DNA of 61,539 nucleotides, filler included. It is 6 parts of 6 records of this genome, joined end to end, with 100 filler letters (N's around TTAATTAATTAA, not from the genome) between each part and the next. Parts side by side here need not be neighbours in the genome. Positions count along the whole stretch, not along the records: positions 25,887 to 31,958 come from DRR723986_20871; positions 32,059 to 37,576 come from DRR723986_20885; positions 37,677 to 43,207 come from DRR723986_20948; 3 more parts are not named here. The stretch is one strand, 5' to 3'. A model generated the notes under the pieces. That model searched no databases and was not told the origin of the DNA. It saw only the letters and a list, made by a program, of their open reading frames with translations. Of this stretch, positions 29,262 through 38,590 are shown one piece after another; positions within the stretch are counted from its first letter, which is position 1; each line of letters begins with the position of its first letter. The position numbers and the translations under genes were made by a program.

Positions 29262-31910
29262 ATGTCATTTCCAGAGCGCTTCGCGGCATTGCCGCTTGCT
29301 ATGTTCTTTTTGTTAGTCACTGTGTCTGCAGCACAGGATTCTCCGAGTCAGCAGCCTTCTAAGCCCAAACAAATCAACGCCTTAGACCTAAGTGGAGAAA
29401 AGCTGAAGCTGGACGGGCACCTGGACGAGAGTGTCTGGCAGCGCGTAGTGCCCATCAGTGATTTTGCCCAAAAGGAACCGGTTGAATTTGGTCCGCCCAA
29501 AGAGCGAACCGAGGTGCGAATTGCCTATGAAGACGACGCCCTCTGGGTTGGCGCTACGATGTACACAGACAAGCCCGACGAAATGTTGGCGACTGTGACG
29601 CGCCGCGATAATGCCGGAAATTCACAGCGTATAATCATTTCACTGGACACCTACGGTGATAAACGCACGGCCTACAGTTTTGGCGTTACCGCAACCGGTG
29701 TTCGTATTGACTATTACCATCCGACAGATGCAGAGTACAATCGCGATTATTCCTTTGATCCGGTTTGGGAGGCACGCACACAAATCCTGGAGGATCGCTG
29801 GACGGCCGAAATGCGAATTCCATTCAGTCAATTGCGCTTTAACCAAACCGGTGCGGAGGGCCTGCCATTTGGACTTAACATTAACCGCTGGATTCCCGGC
29901 CGCAATGAAGATGTTTACTGGGTCGTGATTCCACGCAATGCTTCCGGCTGGTCTTCACGCATGGGGCGTGTTAAGGGCCTGAATGGCGTAGAATCGGCAC
30001 GTGGGATCGAATTCCTGCCCTACGTGGCGGCCGACGTGGAACGCGTCTTTGACGATAACGGCGACGGAGAGTCACGCAGTGACCTGCGCGTGGGCGCTGA
30101 TATTAAGATGGGAATCGGTGCAAATTTCACTTTGGATGCTGCGGTTAATCCCGACTTTGGCCAGGTTGAAGCCGACCCTGCCGAAGTCAACCTCTCAGCC
30201 TTTGAGACTTTTTTTGATGAACGTCGTCCATTCTTTGTTGAGGGCAGTCAACTGTTAACTGCCAACGTGGGGCCGAGTTATTTCTATTCGCGCCGCATCG
30301 GTGCGCCTCCGCGGACGCGTGGCCTTATTTTGACGGAAGATGCGCCGCAGAACTCTACGATTCTGGGTGCCGCAAAATTTACCGGCCGCCGCGAAGGCGG
30401 GCAGTCGATCGGCGTGTTAACCGCACTTACAAATGAGGAATCGGCCGACGCATTCCTGCCCGACCGCTCTGAAGAACGCGAACGGATTTTGGTGCCGATG
30501 AGTCTGTATTCAGTGGCGCGATTCCAACAGGAGTTTGGCGACGAAAACATTTCAGTGCTCGGCGCTACAGGCACAAGCCTGATGCGCGGAGACCTTGAGT
30601 CAGATTTCCTGCGCCAGAATTACAGTGAAGCCGCATTCTCCGGTGGCCTGGATTGGGACCTGGCGCTTTTTGATGGCGAGTACAACGCGACCGGCCACCT
30701 GGGCGGCAGTTATGTCAAAGGTGATGCGGCGCACATCCTGGAGTTGCAGCAGTCCAGTGCGCGCTTTTACCAGCGTCCGGATGCCGATCATATCGAAGTT
30801 GATCCCACGCTGACGGCTCTGGAGGGCTGGACGGCTTCAGCGCGGTTTGAGCGTGTTGAAGGTAAGACCTGGTTGGGTGGCGCAAGCCTGTGGGTGCAGT
30901 CGCCGGGTTTTGAGCTGAATGACCTGGGCTCACTTAACACCTCAGATGAAGCTAATTCGCGCGCCTGGTTAACTTATCGTGAGAACGATCCCGGCAAGGT
31001 CTTTCACCGGTACTCACTTACTCTTGAAGTTGAGCAGGTCTGGAACTTTGGCGGCGATCAACTTGCTTCTGAAATCGACCTTTCGTTTAACAGCCAGCTC
31101 TCCAACTTCTACGATTGGTCGGTCGGCATCGACCACGACCCGGAAGCTCTCGACGATGATTTGACGCGCGGCGGTCCACTGGCTAAAACTCCGGCAAACT
31201 GGAAGTTTGAGACAAGTCTTAACAGCAATTTTGCACTTAACACGCGCTTTTCTCTCGGTGGCGATTATACGACTGACACTGAGGGCGGCAACCAGTTTAC
31301 GGCTTTTGGCTCGATTTCGTATCGTGGGGCTGGACGACTCGACATTTCATTTTCGCCCTGGCTGCGCGATGAACGCGACATGCGTCAGTACGTTACAACA
31401 ATTGACGGCGGCCGCGAAGCCACCTTCGGCAAACGTTATGTTTTTGCAGAACTTGAGCGCACCACTCTGGCTTTGCCTGTCCGACTAAACTATTCGTTTA
31501 CGCCGGATCTTTCGCTGGAGTTTTACGCCGAGCCATTCGCTTCGAGCGGCAATTATGTGCGTTTTGCGGAACTCGACGCCGCCGGCGAGCTAAATGTCCT
31601 GGTCTACGGCGAAGACCTCGGCATAGTCGACCCGCTTTTTGACGGTGTCGGCAGTGGTTTCCTGGTAGACGGTGAGAGTGTGGTTGTGGAGGCGCAGGAC
31701 TTTCTGGCCACGTCCTTCCGGTCCAATATGGTGCTGCGTTGGGAGTGGACGCCAGGTGCAACGCTGTTTTTCGTATGGCAGCAAAACGGTGCCGATGCGC
31801 TTTCACAGACAGAGCGCGCAGGCCTGGACGACGTGTTCGATTCAATCAGCAACCGCTCGGATTCATTCCTGGGCATCAAGGTCAGCTATTGGCTGCCGTT
31901 ACGCTATTGA
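29262..31910 (+). CDS. DUF5916 protein with N-terminal CBM9-like domain (probable outer-membrane protein)
   Basis: LDGHLDE..W, TEVRIAY, WTAEMRIPFSQLRF, VNPDFGQVEAD..NLSAFETFFDERRPFF, SNMVLRWEW.PG. Confidence 0.88.
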   Translation: MSFPERFAALPLAMFFLLVTVSAAQDSPSQQPSKPKQINALDLSGEKLKLDGHLDESVWQRVVPISDFAQKEPVEFGPPKERTEVRIAYEDDALWVGATMYTDKPDEMLATVTRRDNAGNSQRIIISLDTYGDKRTAYSFGVTATGVRIDYYHPTDAEYNRDYSFDPVWEARTQILEDRWTAEMRIPFSQLRFNQTGAEGLPFGLNINRWIPGRNEDVYWVVIPRNASGWSSRMGRVKGLNGVESARGIEFLPYVAADVERVFDDNGDGESRSDLRVGADIKMGIGANFTLDAAVNPDFGQVEADPAEVNLSAFETFFDERRPFFVEGSQLLTANVGPSYFYSRRIGAPPRTRGLILTEDAPQNSTILGAAKFTGRREGGQSIGVLTALTNEESADAFLPDRSEERERILVPMSLYSVARFQQEFGDENISVLGATGTSLMRGDLESDFLRQNYSEAAFSGGLDWDLALFDGEYNATGHLGGSYVKGDAAHILELQQSSARFYQRPDADHIEVDPTLTALEGWTASARFERVEGKTWLGGASLWVQSPGFELNDLGSLNTSDEANSRAWLTYRENDPGKVFHRYSLTLEVEQVWNFGGDQLASEIDLSFNSQLSNFYDWSVGIDHDPEALDDDLTRGGPLAKTPANWKFETSLNSNFALNTRFSLGGDYTTDTEGGNQFTAFGSISYRGAGRLDISFSPWLRDERDMRQYVTTIDGGREATFGKRYVFAELERTTLALPVRLNYSFTPDLSLEFYAEPFASSGNYVRFAELDAAGELNVLVYGEDLGIVDPLFDGVGSGFLVDGESVVVEAQDFLATSFRSNMVLRWEWTPGATLFFVWQQNGADALSQTERAGLDDVFDSISNRSDSFLGIKVSYWLPLRY

Positions 31911-31937
31911 GAATTGTTGCAGGTGATTTGTTAAAAG

Positions 31938-31958
31938 CTGTTAGCCTTAGGCTAACAG
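31938..31958. repeat. Perfect inverted repeat at the contig end (terminator or REP-like)
   Basis: CTGTTAGCCT-T-AGGCTAACAG. Confidence 0.6.
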
Positions 31959-32058
31959 NNNNNNNNNNNNNNNNNNNNNNNNNNNNNNNNNNNNNNNNNN
32001 NNTTAATTAATTAANNNNNNNNNNNNNNNNNNNNNNNNNNNNNNNNNNNNNNNNNNNN
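31959..32058. other. Artificial contig spacer
   Basis: N44-TTAATTAATTAA-N44. Confidence 0.99.
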
Positions 32059-32388
32059 GCCGCTGTCGATGCTTTCCATCACAGCCAGCTCGCGGGCGTT
32101 GCGGGTCAGCATCTTGGCAAAGCGGATCAGGATATCCTTACGCTCTGACGGATGCAGGCGTGACCAGCGGCCATCTTCAAACGCCTCGCGGGCCTTGGAC
32201 ACGGCAAAATCCACATCTTCCGCACCACAGGCGGCAATCTCGGCCAAAGGCTCTCCGGTTGCGGGGTTCACGGTTGCGAAGGTTTCACCGGACGCTGCCG
32301 GACGATAGCTGCCATCCACAAATGCCGCCGCCGGAAGGTCGAGATTGGCAGCGATCGCGCGGTATTCTTCTTTTGTAAGCAATCCCAT
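32059..32388 (-). CDS. Aldehyde dehydrogenase (PuuC-like), 5' part; truncated by contig end
   Basis: SGETFATVNPATGE, DVDFAVSKAREAFEDGRW, ELAVMESIDSG; ATG at 32388. Confidence 0.88.
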
Positions 32389-32392
32389 GATC

Positions 32393-33307
32393 TTAACCTT
32401 TCTGAATGTCGGAAATGGTGGATTTGAGCACACGGATCACCTGATCCAATTCGCGTTTATCGTCTTTGTTCAATGGCTTGAGCGGCGGCATCACCCCGCC
32501 CGTGTTCACCCCGGCCATCGTGGTGCCATGTTTGACGCATTGCACAAATTTACCGCCCTGTTCGAGAACCCGCATCAGCGGCATCATCGCGGACATGATC
32601 CGCCGCCCCTTGGCAAAATCGCCCTCCACCGCGCAGGCCTGATAAAGCGCTACATGTTCCTCGGGCAGGAAGTTTGACCCCGCACAGACCCAGGACCGCG
32701 CGCCCCATGCAAAAAACTCCAGCGCCTGATCATCCATGCCACATGACATCTGGATATGCGGGTAATCCCGCGCCAGAAGGTGTACGCGGTTGATATCACC
32801 CGAACTTTCCTTGATCGCACAGATATTTCGGGACCGGCCAACGCGGTCCAGAAATTCCTCGCCCATGTTCACACCCATCCGGCCCGGATAGTTATACAGC
32901 ATCACCGGCAGGTTCGCAGCGCGGTCAATCGCCAGCGCATTCAAAGCATTTTCCCTCTCTGTCGGAACGGCATAGGGCGGCGTTGCAAGCAATATCGCAT
33001 CCGCGCCCATCTCCCGCGCACCATTGGCCAGCGCGATAGAATCCTCAGTGCGCATTGTGCCTGTGCCCACGATCAGGGGCAGACGCCCTTTGATCCGATC
33101 CTTGGTAAACTGCGCTAGATCCAGCCGTTGCTCGACGGTTTGCGCATAGTTTTCCCCCGTCGATCCACCCGAGATAATGCCATGCACCCCCGCCCCGATC
33201 AAATGCTCCACCTGATCGGCAAGGCCGTCACGGTTAAAGCTGCCATCGGGCAATAGCGGCGTGACGATGGGCGTATAAATGCCCTCAAACTGAAAAATCG
33301 GTGTCAT
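32393..33307 (-). CDS. Dihydrodipicolinate synthase (class I aldolase) family protein
   Basis: GSTGE, YNYP, IKESSG Schiff-base Lys; catabolic context argues against DapA. Confidence 0.9.
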   Translation of the reverse strand: MTPIFQFEGIYTPIVTPLLPDGSFNRDGLADQVEHLIGAGVHGIISGGSTGENYAQTVEQRLDLAQFTKDRIKGRLPLIVGTGTMRTEDSIALANGAREMGADAILLATPPYAVPTERENALNALAIDRAANLPVMLYNYPGRMGVNMGEEFLDRVGRSRNICAIKESSGDINRVHLLARDYPHIQMSCGMDDQALEFFAWGARSWVCAGSNFLPEEHVALYQACAVEGDFAKGRRIMSAMMPLMRVLEQGGKFVQCVKHGTTMAGVNTGGVMPPLKPLNKDDKRELDQVIRVLKSTISDIQKG

Positions 33308-33313
33308 TATCCC

Positions 33314-34018
33314 TCACTCCGGCGCGGTGCCGGTTCCCAGTTGCAGGTCAAGCCCGGCGGGCATGACAAATTGTTCGATACGGTCCCGTGACAGGTTCCA
33401 ATGGGCGATGGCCAGATCAGCGGCGGCATCATCATTGCCCGCCTCGATCGCGGCGATAATGGCATCGTGTTGGTCGCTGGCCGCGTTCAAATTCTCCGCC
33501 ATCTCGGCGTCTTGCGGGCGGAAGAACGTCATCGAGATCCGCGCATGATCAATCAGCAGTCGCTGAAAGCTGGGCAGCAGATAAACATTGCCCGCCATCC
33601 GTCCGGTCACGTCATGAAAGTGGTTGTTCGCCAAGGCCCGCGCCGCGATATCGCCGCCGCGCAACGCCGTTTTGAAGGCGCTTTGCGCCGCCTTGAGATC
33701 CGCGATTTGCGGCGCGGTTGCGTTCTGCGCCGCCAACCTGAGGATCGCACCGTAAATCATTGGAGCGGCGAGAAAAAAGTCGCGAAGTGTTTTGTGGCTC
33801 ATCTCCGCCACTCGGGCGCCGCGGTTGGCGCGGATCTCAACAAATCCTTCACCGGCCAATTGGCGCAGCATCTCGCGCAGCGGCGTGCGCGACAGGTGCC
33901 ATTCCTCTGACAGTCGCGCCTCATCCAGATCTGCGCCCGGCTGCAATTCCTGTGTCAGGATTGCGTGGCGCAGATGATGCAACACATCTTCTTTTGAATG
34001 CTTTTTGGCCAATGCCAC
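33314..34018 (-). CDS. GntR/FCD family transcriptional regulator
   Basis: LSRTPLRE wHTH; NNHFH and QHDAIIAAI FCD motifs. Confidence 0.92.
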   Translation of the reverse strand: MALAKKHSKEDVLHHLRHAILTQELQPGADLDEARLSEEWHLSRTPLREMLRQLAGEGFVEIRANRGARVAEMSHKTLRDFFLAAPMIYGAILRLAAQNATAPQIADLKAAQSAFKTALRGGDIAARALANNHFHDVTGRMAGNVYLLPSFQRLLIDHARISMTFFRPQDAEMAENLNAASDQHDAIIAAIEAGNDDAAADLAIAHWNLSRDRIEQFVMPAGLDLQLGTGTAPE

Positions 34019-34097
34019 GCTGTCCCCCGCTGCCTCAGAATGAGGTGAGTCGGGACATAACTATCATTGCATACAATTTGTGTACAATGAAATCTGA

Positions 34098-35132
34098 CTA
34101 CCCAGCGCCCGGACCTTGCCGTCGCTCTGCCCGCGCCATGTTGGGTGCCCGTTTTCGCAGCGCGGGCGTATAGACCGTTTGCCGCGACCGCCCCGCATGT
34201 TTGGAGGCATAAAGCGCAACATCCGCGTTGGACAGAACGTCCTCCATGCTGGATTGATCCTCTTCCCCGATCCAGACCGTGCCAATACTGGCCGATATCC
34301 GGCAGTCCTGACCGTTGAAGGCGATCGGCTCTTCCAGACGGTCGATGATCCGCCGTCCGACCCGGCGCATCAGATTGCCATTGCGCACCTCGGGCAGGAC
34401 AATTGTGAACTCATCCCCGCCCACGCGGGCAACGGTGTCCGTTTTGCGGGTCTCGCTGACCATGATCTGCGCGACGATCTGCAACACATGATCCCCCGCC
34501 GCATGGCCCAGCGTGTCATTCACCTCTTTGAAATAGTCCAGATCAATGTTCATCACCCCGAAACAGGCAGTGCCTTTGACCATCCGTTTGAGCACCGTAT
34601 CCAGCGCCCGCCGGTTCTTGAGGCCCGTCAATGTGTCGGTAAAGGCCTGTTCCTCCGCCGCGATCTTGGCCCCTTGCAGGCGCAGGTTCAATTTGCGAGA
34701 TGCCTCCATCGCGGCGGTTTTTGCTTCCACCAGATAAAGCATCTCGATGGCAAGATCGGTCGCCGCAAAATCAGCGTTGGACAGGGAATAGTCTCGCACC
34801 CCATCCACAATGGAGATGCCAAAGCTGAGGTTCACAACCGTATGATTGCCCGCATCCCCCACCGGCACCATGATCCCCTTGAACGCCGTGCGCGGCGGGT
34901 CTCGCAGTTCCAGATGTAGTTTGAGATCACGGGTCTTGTGCAGATCGGCCATTGAGACGATGGCACGAGGGCGTTTGATATCAAACACTTCGAGGAAACG
35001 CTGCCCCAGCAGATCGTCAGTCTTGCACAGCTTCTGCGCGGTTGGCCCCGCGTGAATGATATGCCCCGTCGCACTGAGAACCAGATGCATCGGGCATAAG
35101 ACATCCAAGACCGGGGCAGAAACCAACATCAC
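34098..35132 (-). CDS. Diguanylate cyclase with N-terminal HNOBA/PAS-like domain
   Basis: CPMHLVL..G, DFAATDLAIEMLYL HNOBA-like; DTLTGLKNRR, DLDYFKEVND, RKTD I-site, GGDEF. Confidence 0.92.
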   Translation of the reverse strand: MMLVSAPVLDVLCPMHLVLSATGHIIHAGPTAQKLCKTDDLLGQRFLEVFDIKRPRAIVSMADLHKTRDLKLHLELRDPPRTAFKGIMVPVGDAGNHTVVNLSFGISIVDGVRDYSLSNADFAATDLAIEMLYLVEAKTAAMEASRKLNLRLQGAKIAAEEQAFTDTLTGLKNRRALDTVLKRMVKGTACFGVMNIDLDYFKEVNDTLGHAAGDHVLQIVAQIMVSETRKTDTVARVGGDEFTIVLPEVRNGNLMRRVGRRIIDRLEEPIAFNGQDCRISASIGTVWIGEEDQSSMEDVLSNADVALYASKHAGRSRQTVYTPALRKRAPNMARAERRQGPGAG

Positions 35133-35716
35133 GAGGCCCGTGCACCAAGGTCAAATCGCCGCCCCTCGGAAAAGTCGGTCTTGACCAATGTGATTGACAC
35201 CGTCTCAACCCCTTGCCCGCCGCCGGTATGTTCCAGCAGCGCCAGCGCCCCGTAGTCATCCGCCATGACCCGCAGAACACCCATCATTACATGACCATAG
35301 CCCGCCACGGGGGCCTCGCAGATCAGTGAAAAATGTCCATCTACATGGTCGCGCAGTTCAATCCGGGGCAAGTGCAGATCCGACAAGGCCAGCCTCGCAC
35401 GATCCGCCAGATCGTCCAGAGAATGCAGAAAATCCTCAAAATTCACGCCGCCAAACCGCAACAACCGCCGGGTGCCCTCGAACCGCGGATGCGAGACCAG
35501 ATAAGTGCCGATGTCTTCCATCACGTCAACACGGGGGCGCTCTACGGTTTTCGACACCGCATCGAGGATGGCGGGCGTGATGGCGTCATCATATTCCAGC
35601 ATGGCCTCAAATTCGATAAAATCGAGGTTGGCATGGCGGGCGCTGGCCTCCCACACGGCAGGGCCGTATGTGTCACAGACAAAATTCTGGATGCTGCGGT
35701 TGAACAACCCATGCAT
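35129..35716 (-). CDS. Heme-NO binding (HNOB/H-NOX)-like domain protein
   Basis: MHGLFNRSIQ..TYG..W, YDD, EDIG, GGVNFEDFLHSLDDL; 4-nt overlap with the DGC gene. Confidence 0.85.
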   Translation of the reverse strand: MHGLFNRSIQNFVCDTYGPAVWEASARHANLDFIEFEAMLEYDDAITPAILDAVSKTVERPRVDVMEDIGTYLVSHPRFEGTRRLLRFGGVNFEDFLHSLDDLADRARLALSDLHLPRIELRDHVDGHFSLICEAPVAGYGHVMMGVLRVMADDYGALALLEHTGGGQGVETVSITLVKTDFSEGRRFDLGARAS

Positions 35717-35897
35717 TGGCGGCCTCATTCCCATTGGTCCCGACACCAGCCTTACCCAAACCCCTTAATATCTACCCAACAGATACAGATTTACACATTT
35801 CAGAGCACCAAATGCGGGCATCGAATTATCCAGTTGCAACCCATTGTGGAAAAGTTAATCTGCAATCTCCACACGTCTATCCCATAGAAAGCCCCCT

Positions 35898-36413
35898 ATG
35901 CCCTTCCTTCTTTTGATCCTCAGCGCCCTTGGGGGCGCGATTTGGTGGTGGGTGCGCAACAACCCGCGTGACGCGTTGCATGTGGCCAGCGATGTTGCGA
36001 CCACGGTTAAGAACGCGCCGCGCAAACTGGCCTTCCGGCGGCAGACCAACGCGCATCCCGTCGAAGGGATCGACGATCACCGCATCGCAATCTGTGCCAT
36101 TGCACAGGCTTTTATCGAGCTTGACGACCTGCCCACCCGCGAACAGCGCGACCAGTTGCATGTCCTGCTGCGCAGCCGAATGCAGACGTCCGAAGAAGAA
36201 GCGCAAGAAATGGAAGTGCTGGGCCGTTGGTTGATCACCCAATGCGACGGCGCGAAACCCGCGATTTCGCGTCTTGGCCGCAGATTGCACAAGATCGACG
36301 GCAATGCCTCATGGGGGGTCTTGCAAGAGATTTTGATGGATCTGGTGGGCGGCACATTATCTTACGGACAGATCGGCGCGATTGAAGACCTCAAACTGGC
36401 CTTGCGAAAATAA
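35898..36413 (+). CDS. Hypothetical membrane-anchored protein (possible TerB-like fold)
   Basis: N-terminal TM followed by helical domain HPVEGIDDHRIA..EEAQEMEVLGRWL. Confidence 0.6.
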   Translation: MPFLLLILSALGGAIWWWVRNNPRDALHVASDVATTVKNAPRKLAFRRQTNAHPVEGIDDHRIAICAIAQAFIELDDLPTREQRDQLHVLLRSRMQTSEEEAQEMEVLGRWLITQCDGAKPAISRLGRRLHKIDGNASWGVLQEILMDLVGGTLSYGQIGAIEDLKLALRK

Positions 36414-36486
36414 GCAAAGCCATCCGCGTTCTCACCGCCCCTGGCGACCGTGGCGCGGGGCGATGAGATTGATTTGCGCATCCTGA

Positions 36487-37575
36487 TCAGAAATCCGTCG
36501 GCGCCCCGCCTTCGGCCTTCCGGCGGGCGACGAAATCAGCCAGTTCATCGCGGATCGCAATGTCCATTTCCGGCTCTTCAAAGCTGGTGATGATCTCCTT
36601 GAACATGTGGTGCGCGCGTTCCGGCGTCCAGATGCCGCCCGCCGCTTCCCAGCCTTCGTAGTTTTTCCAGTCACTGAGGAATGGCTGATAAAATGCGGTG
36701 GTATAACGATCCTGTGTGTGCTGGATGCCAAAGAAATGACCAGCGTTGCCCACGGATTTGATAGCGTCCAGCGCGATCTCATCCGGTCCGGTGGCGCAAA
36801 TCTCGGGCTGCATATAGCGCTGGATCTGCTGTAGCACCTCACAATCCATGATGAACTTCTCCGGCGAGGCGATCAGCCCCCCTTCGAGCCAACCCGCCGC
36901 GTGGTAGACCATATTGGTGCCCGACTGCACAGACGCCCAAAGGCTGTTGGAGGTTTCCCACATCGCCTGACCGTCCGGCACATTCGCCGCGCAAACCCCG
37001 GAGGATCGCATCGGCAGACCGTAAAACCGCGCCAATTGCCCTGTCATCTGGGTCGCACGCATATATTCAGGCGTACCAAAGGCCGGTGCGCCGGATTTCA
37101 TATCCACGTTAGACGTGAATGTACCGATTGCCACAGGGCAGCCGGGGTTGATGATCTGGGCCAGCACAATCGCACAAAGACCTTCGGCCAGCGATTGCGC
37201 CACGGCGCCCGACATTGTCACAGGCGCCATCGCCCCGGCCAGGGTGAAAGGTGTCACAACAAGCCCCTGCCCGCGCCGCGCCAGACGCATCCAGCCATCC
37301 ATCATCGGGAAATCGTGTTTCAACGGCGAGGTGGAGTTGATGTTGGTGTACATGCGCGGGGCCGCGTCAAACTCATCGTGGGTCAGCCCGCCCGCGATGC
37401 GAACCATCTCCATCACATCCTCGACACGTTCTGCACCGAGCGAATAGGCGTGCATGACTTTGTCCGTCAGCGTCAGCTTGTCAAACAGCACATCAAGGTG
37501 GCGCACGGAGGCGTGAACATCCACAGGTTCCACCGGATAGCCGCCCGCAAAGTGGATACAGTTGAAATATTGCGT
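36487..37575 (-). CDS. Trimethylamine methyltransferase (MttB) family protein, non-pyrrolysine; 5' truncated
   Basis: NSTSPL, LAGAMAPVT, DMKSGAPAFGTPE, HAAGWLEGGL; no in-frame amber codon. Confidence 0.92.
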   Translation of the reverse strand, partial: TQYFNCIHFAGGYPVEPVDVHASVRHLDVLFDKLTLTDKVMHAYSLGAERVEDVMEMVRIAGGLTHDEFDAAPRMYTNINSTSPLKHDFPMMDGWMRLARRGQGLVVTPFTLAGAMAPVTMSGAVAQSLAEGLCAIVLAQIINPGCPVAIGTFTSNVDMKSGAPAFGTPEYMRATQMTGQLARFYGLPMRSSGVCAANVPDGQAMWETSNSLWASVQSGTNMVYHAAGWLEGGLIASPEKFIMDCEVLQQIQRYMQPEICATGPDEIALDAIKSVGNAGHFFGIQHTQDRYTTAFYQPFLSDWKNYEGWEAAGGIWTPERAHHMFKEIITSFEEPEMDIAIRDELADFVARRKAEGGAPTDF

Positions 37576-37576
37576 C

Positions 37577-37676
37577 NNNNNNNNNNNNNNNNNNNNNNNN
37601 NNNNNNNNNNNNNNNNNNNNTTAATTAATTAANNNNNNNNNNNNNNNNNNNNNNNNNNNNNNNNNNNNNNNNNNNN
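37577..37676. other. Artificial contig spacer
   Basis: N44-TTAATTAATTAA-N44. Confidence 0.99.
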
Positions 37677-37677
37677 G

Positions 37678-37995
37678 GTGGGCGTGGGCAATATCTACGC
37701 CAACGAAGCCCTGTTCAAGGCCGGCATCCACCCGAAACGGAAAGCCGGCCGCATCAGCCTGGACCGCTATCACAAGCTGGCCGAGGCCATCCGGGAAACC
37801 CTCAGCGCCGCCATACTGATGGGCGGCACCACTCTGCGGGACTTCGTCAACAGCGACGGCAAACCGGGGTATTTCGCCCAGTCGCTACTGGTTTATGGCA
37901 AGGCGGGAGCGCCCTGCACCGAATGCAACACCCCGCTGAAAGAGATCCGCATGAACAACCGATCGACGGTTTACTGTCCCCGGTGCCAGCGCTGA
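37678..37995 (+). CDS. mutM: Formamidopyrimidine-DNA glycosylase, 3' part
   Basis: [13 protein letters not shown]2TH motif, [10 protein letters not shown]...R.T.YCPRCQ zinc finger. Confidence 0.95.
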   Translation: MGVGNIYANEALFKAGIHPKRKAGRISLDRYHKLAEAIRETLSAAILMGGTTLRDFVNSDGKPGYFAQSLLVYGKAGAPCTECNTPLKEIRMNNRSTVYCPRCQR

Positions 37996-38171
37996 GATTC
38001 CGCAACGGCTCACACTTTTCAACGAAAAACCGTTTGAAATTGAGGCAATATGATTCATAGTTAATGGAGTGCTAGTACCCGGTCGCCGCGCGCAGCGCGA
38101 ACATGCTGGCTCGCAATACAGAGACAGGCGAGCCCTGACCAACCGGGCTGATACGTTCAGGAGAGAATGAC

Positions 38172-38504
38172 ATGACCCGCAAGATTTCCCGCACCCTGGT
38201 AGCAACCGTCGCAGCCTGCCTGCTGGCATTCTCATCGCTCGGCCATGCCCGTGCCGTGGATGAAAGCCCGTCTGCGCTGGCCATGACCGCCGATGCGGTG
38301 TTGCTGCGCCCTGCCCTGCTGGCCACAACCATTATCGGTAGTGCTGTGTACCTGGTATCCCTGCCATTCTCGGCGCTTGGCGGCAATGCCGGTGAAGCCG
38401 GTGAAGTACTGGTGGTTGGCCCGGCCAAGGCCACCTTCGTGCGCTGCCTGGGCTGCACCCGCACCGGTCGCAAGTCAGAAACGGTGGAGCAGTCCGACAA
38501 CTGA
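38172..38504 (+). CDS. Small conserved exported/membrane protein of unknown function
   Basis: Signal peptide; PSALAMTADAVLLRP..VSLPFSALGGN..TFVRCLGC; AGGAG RBS. Confidence 0.75.
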   Translation: MTRKISRTLVATVAACLLAFSSLGHARAVDESPSALAMTADAVLLRPALLATTIIGSAVYLVSLPFSALGGNAGEAGEVLVVGPAKATFVRCLGCTRTGRKSETVEQSDN

Positions 38505-38590
38505 TTTGGCGCACCGATCCGTAAAATCCCGGCTTGCCACTGGCCGGGATCTGAGGCAGCCTGAAGAAAATTCTTTAGGCTGTTTTGTTT

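Noticed and set aside
36487-37575. Possible pyrrolysine recoding in the MttB-family gene
   Set aside because: No in-frame TAG in the visible part; the equivalent region reads GWLEGG, as in non-Pyl homologs
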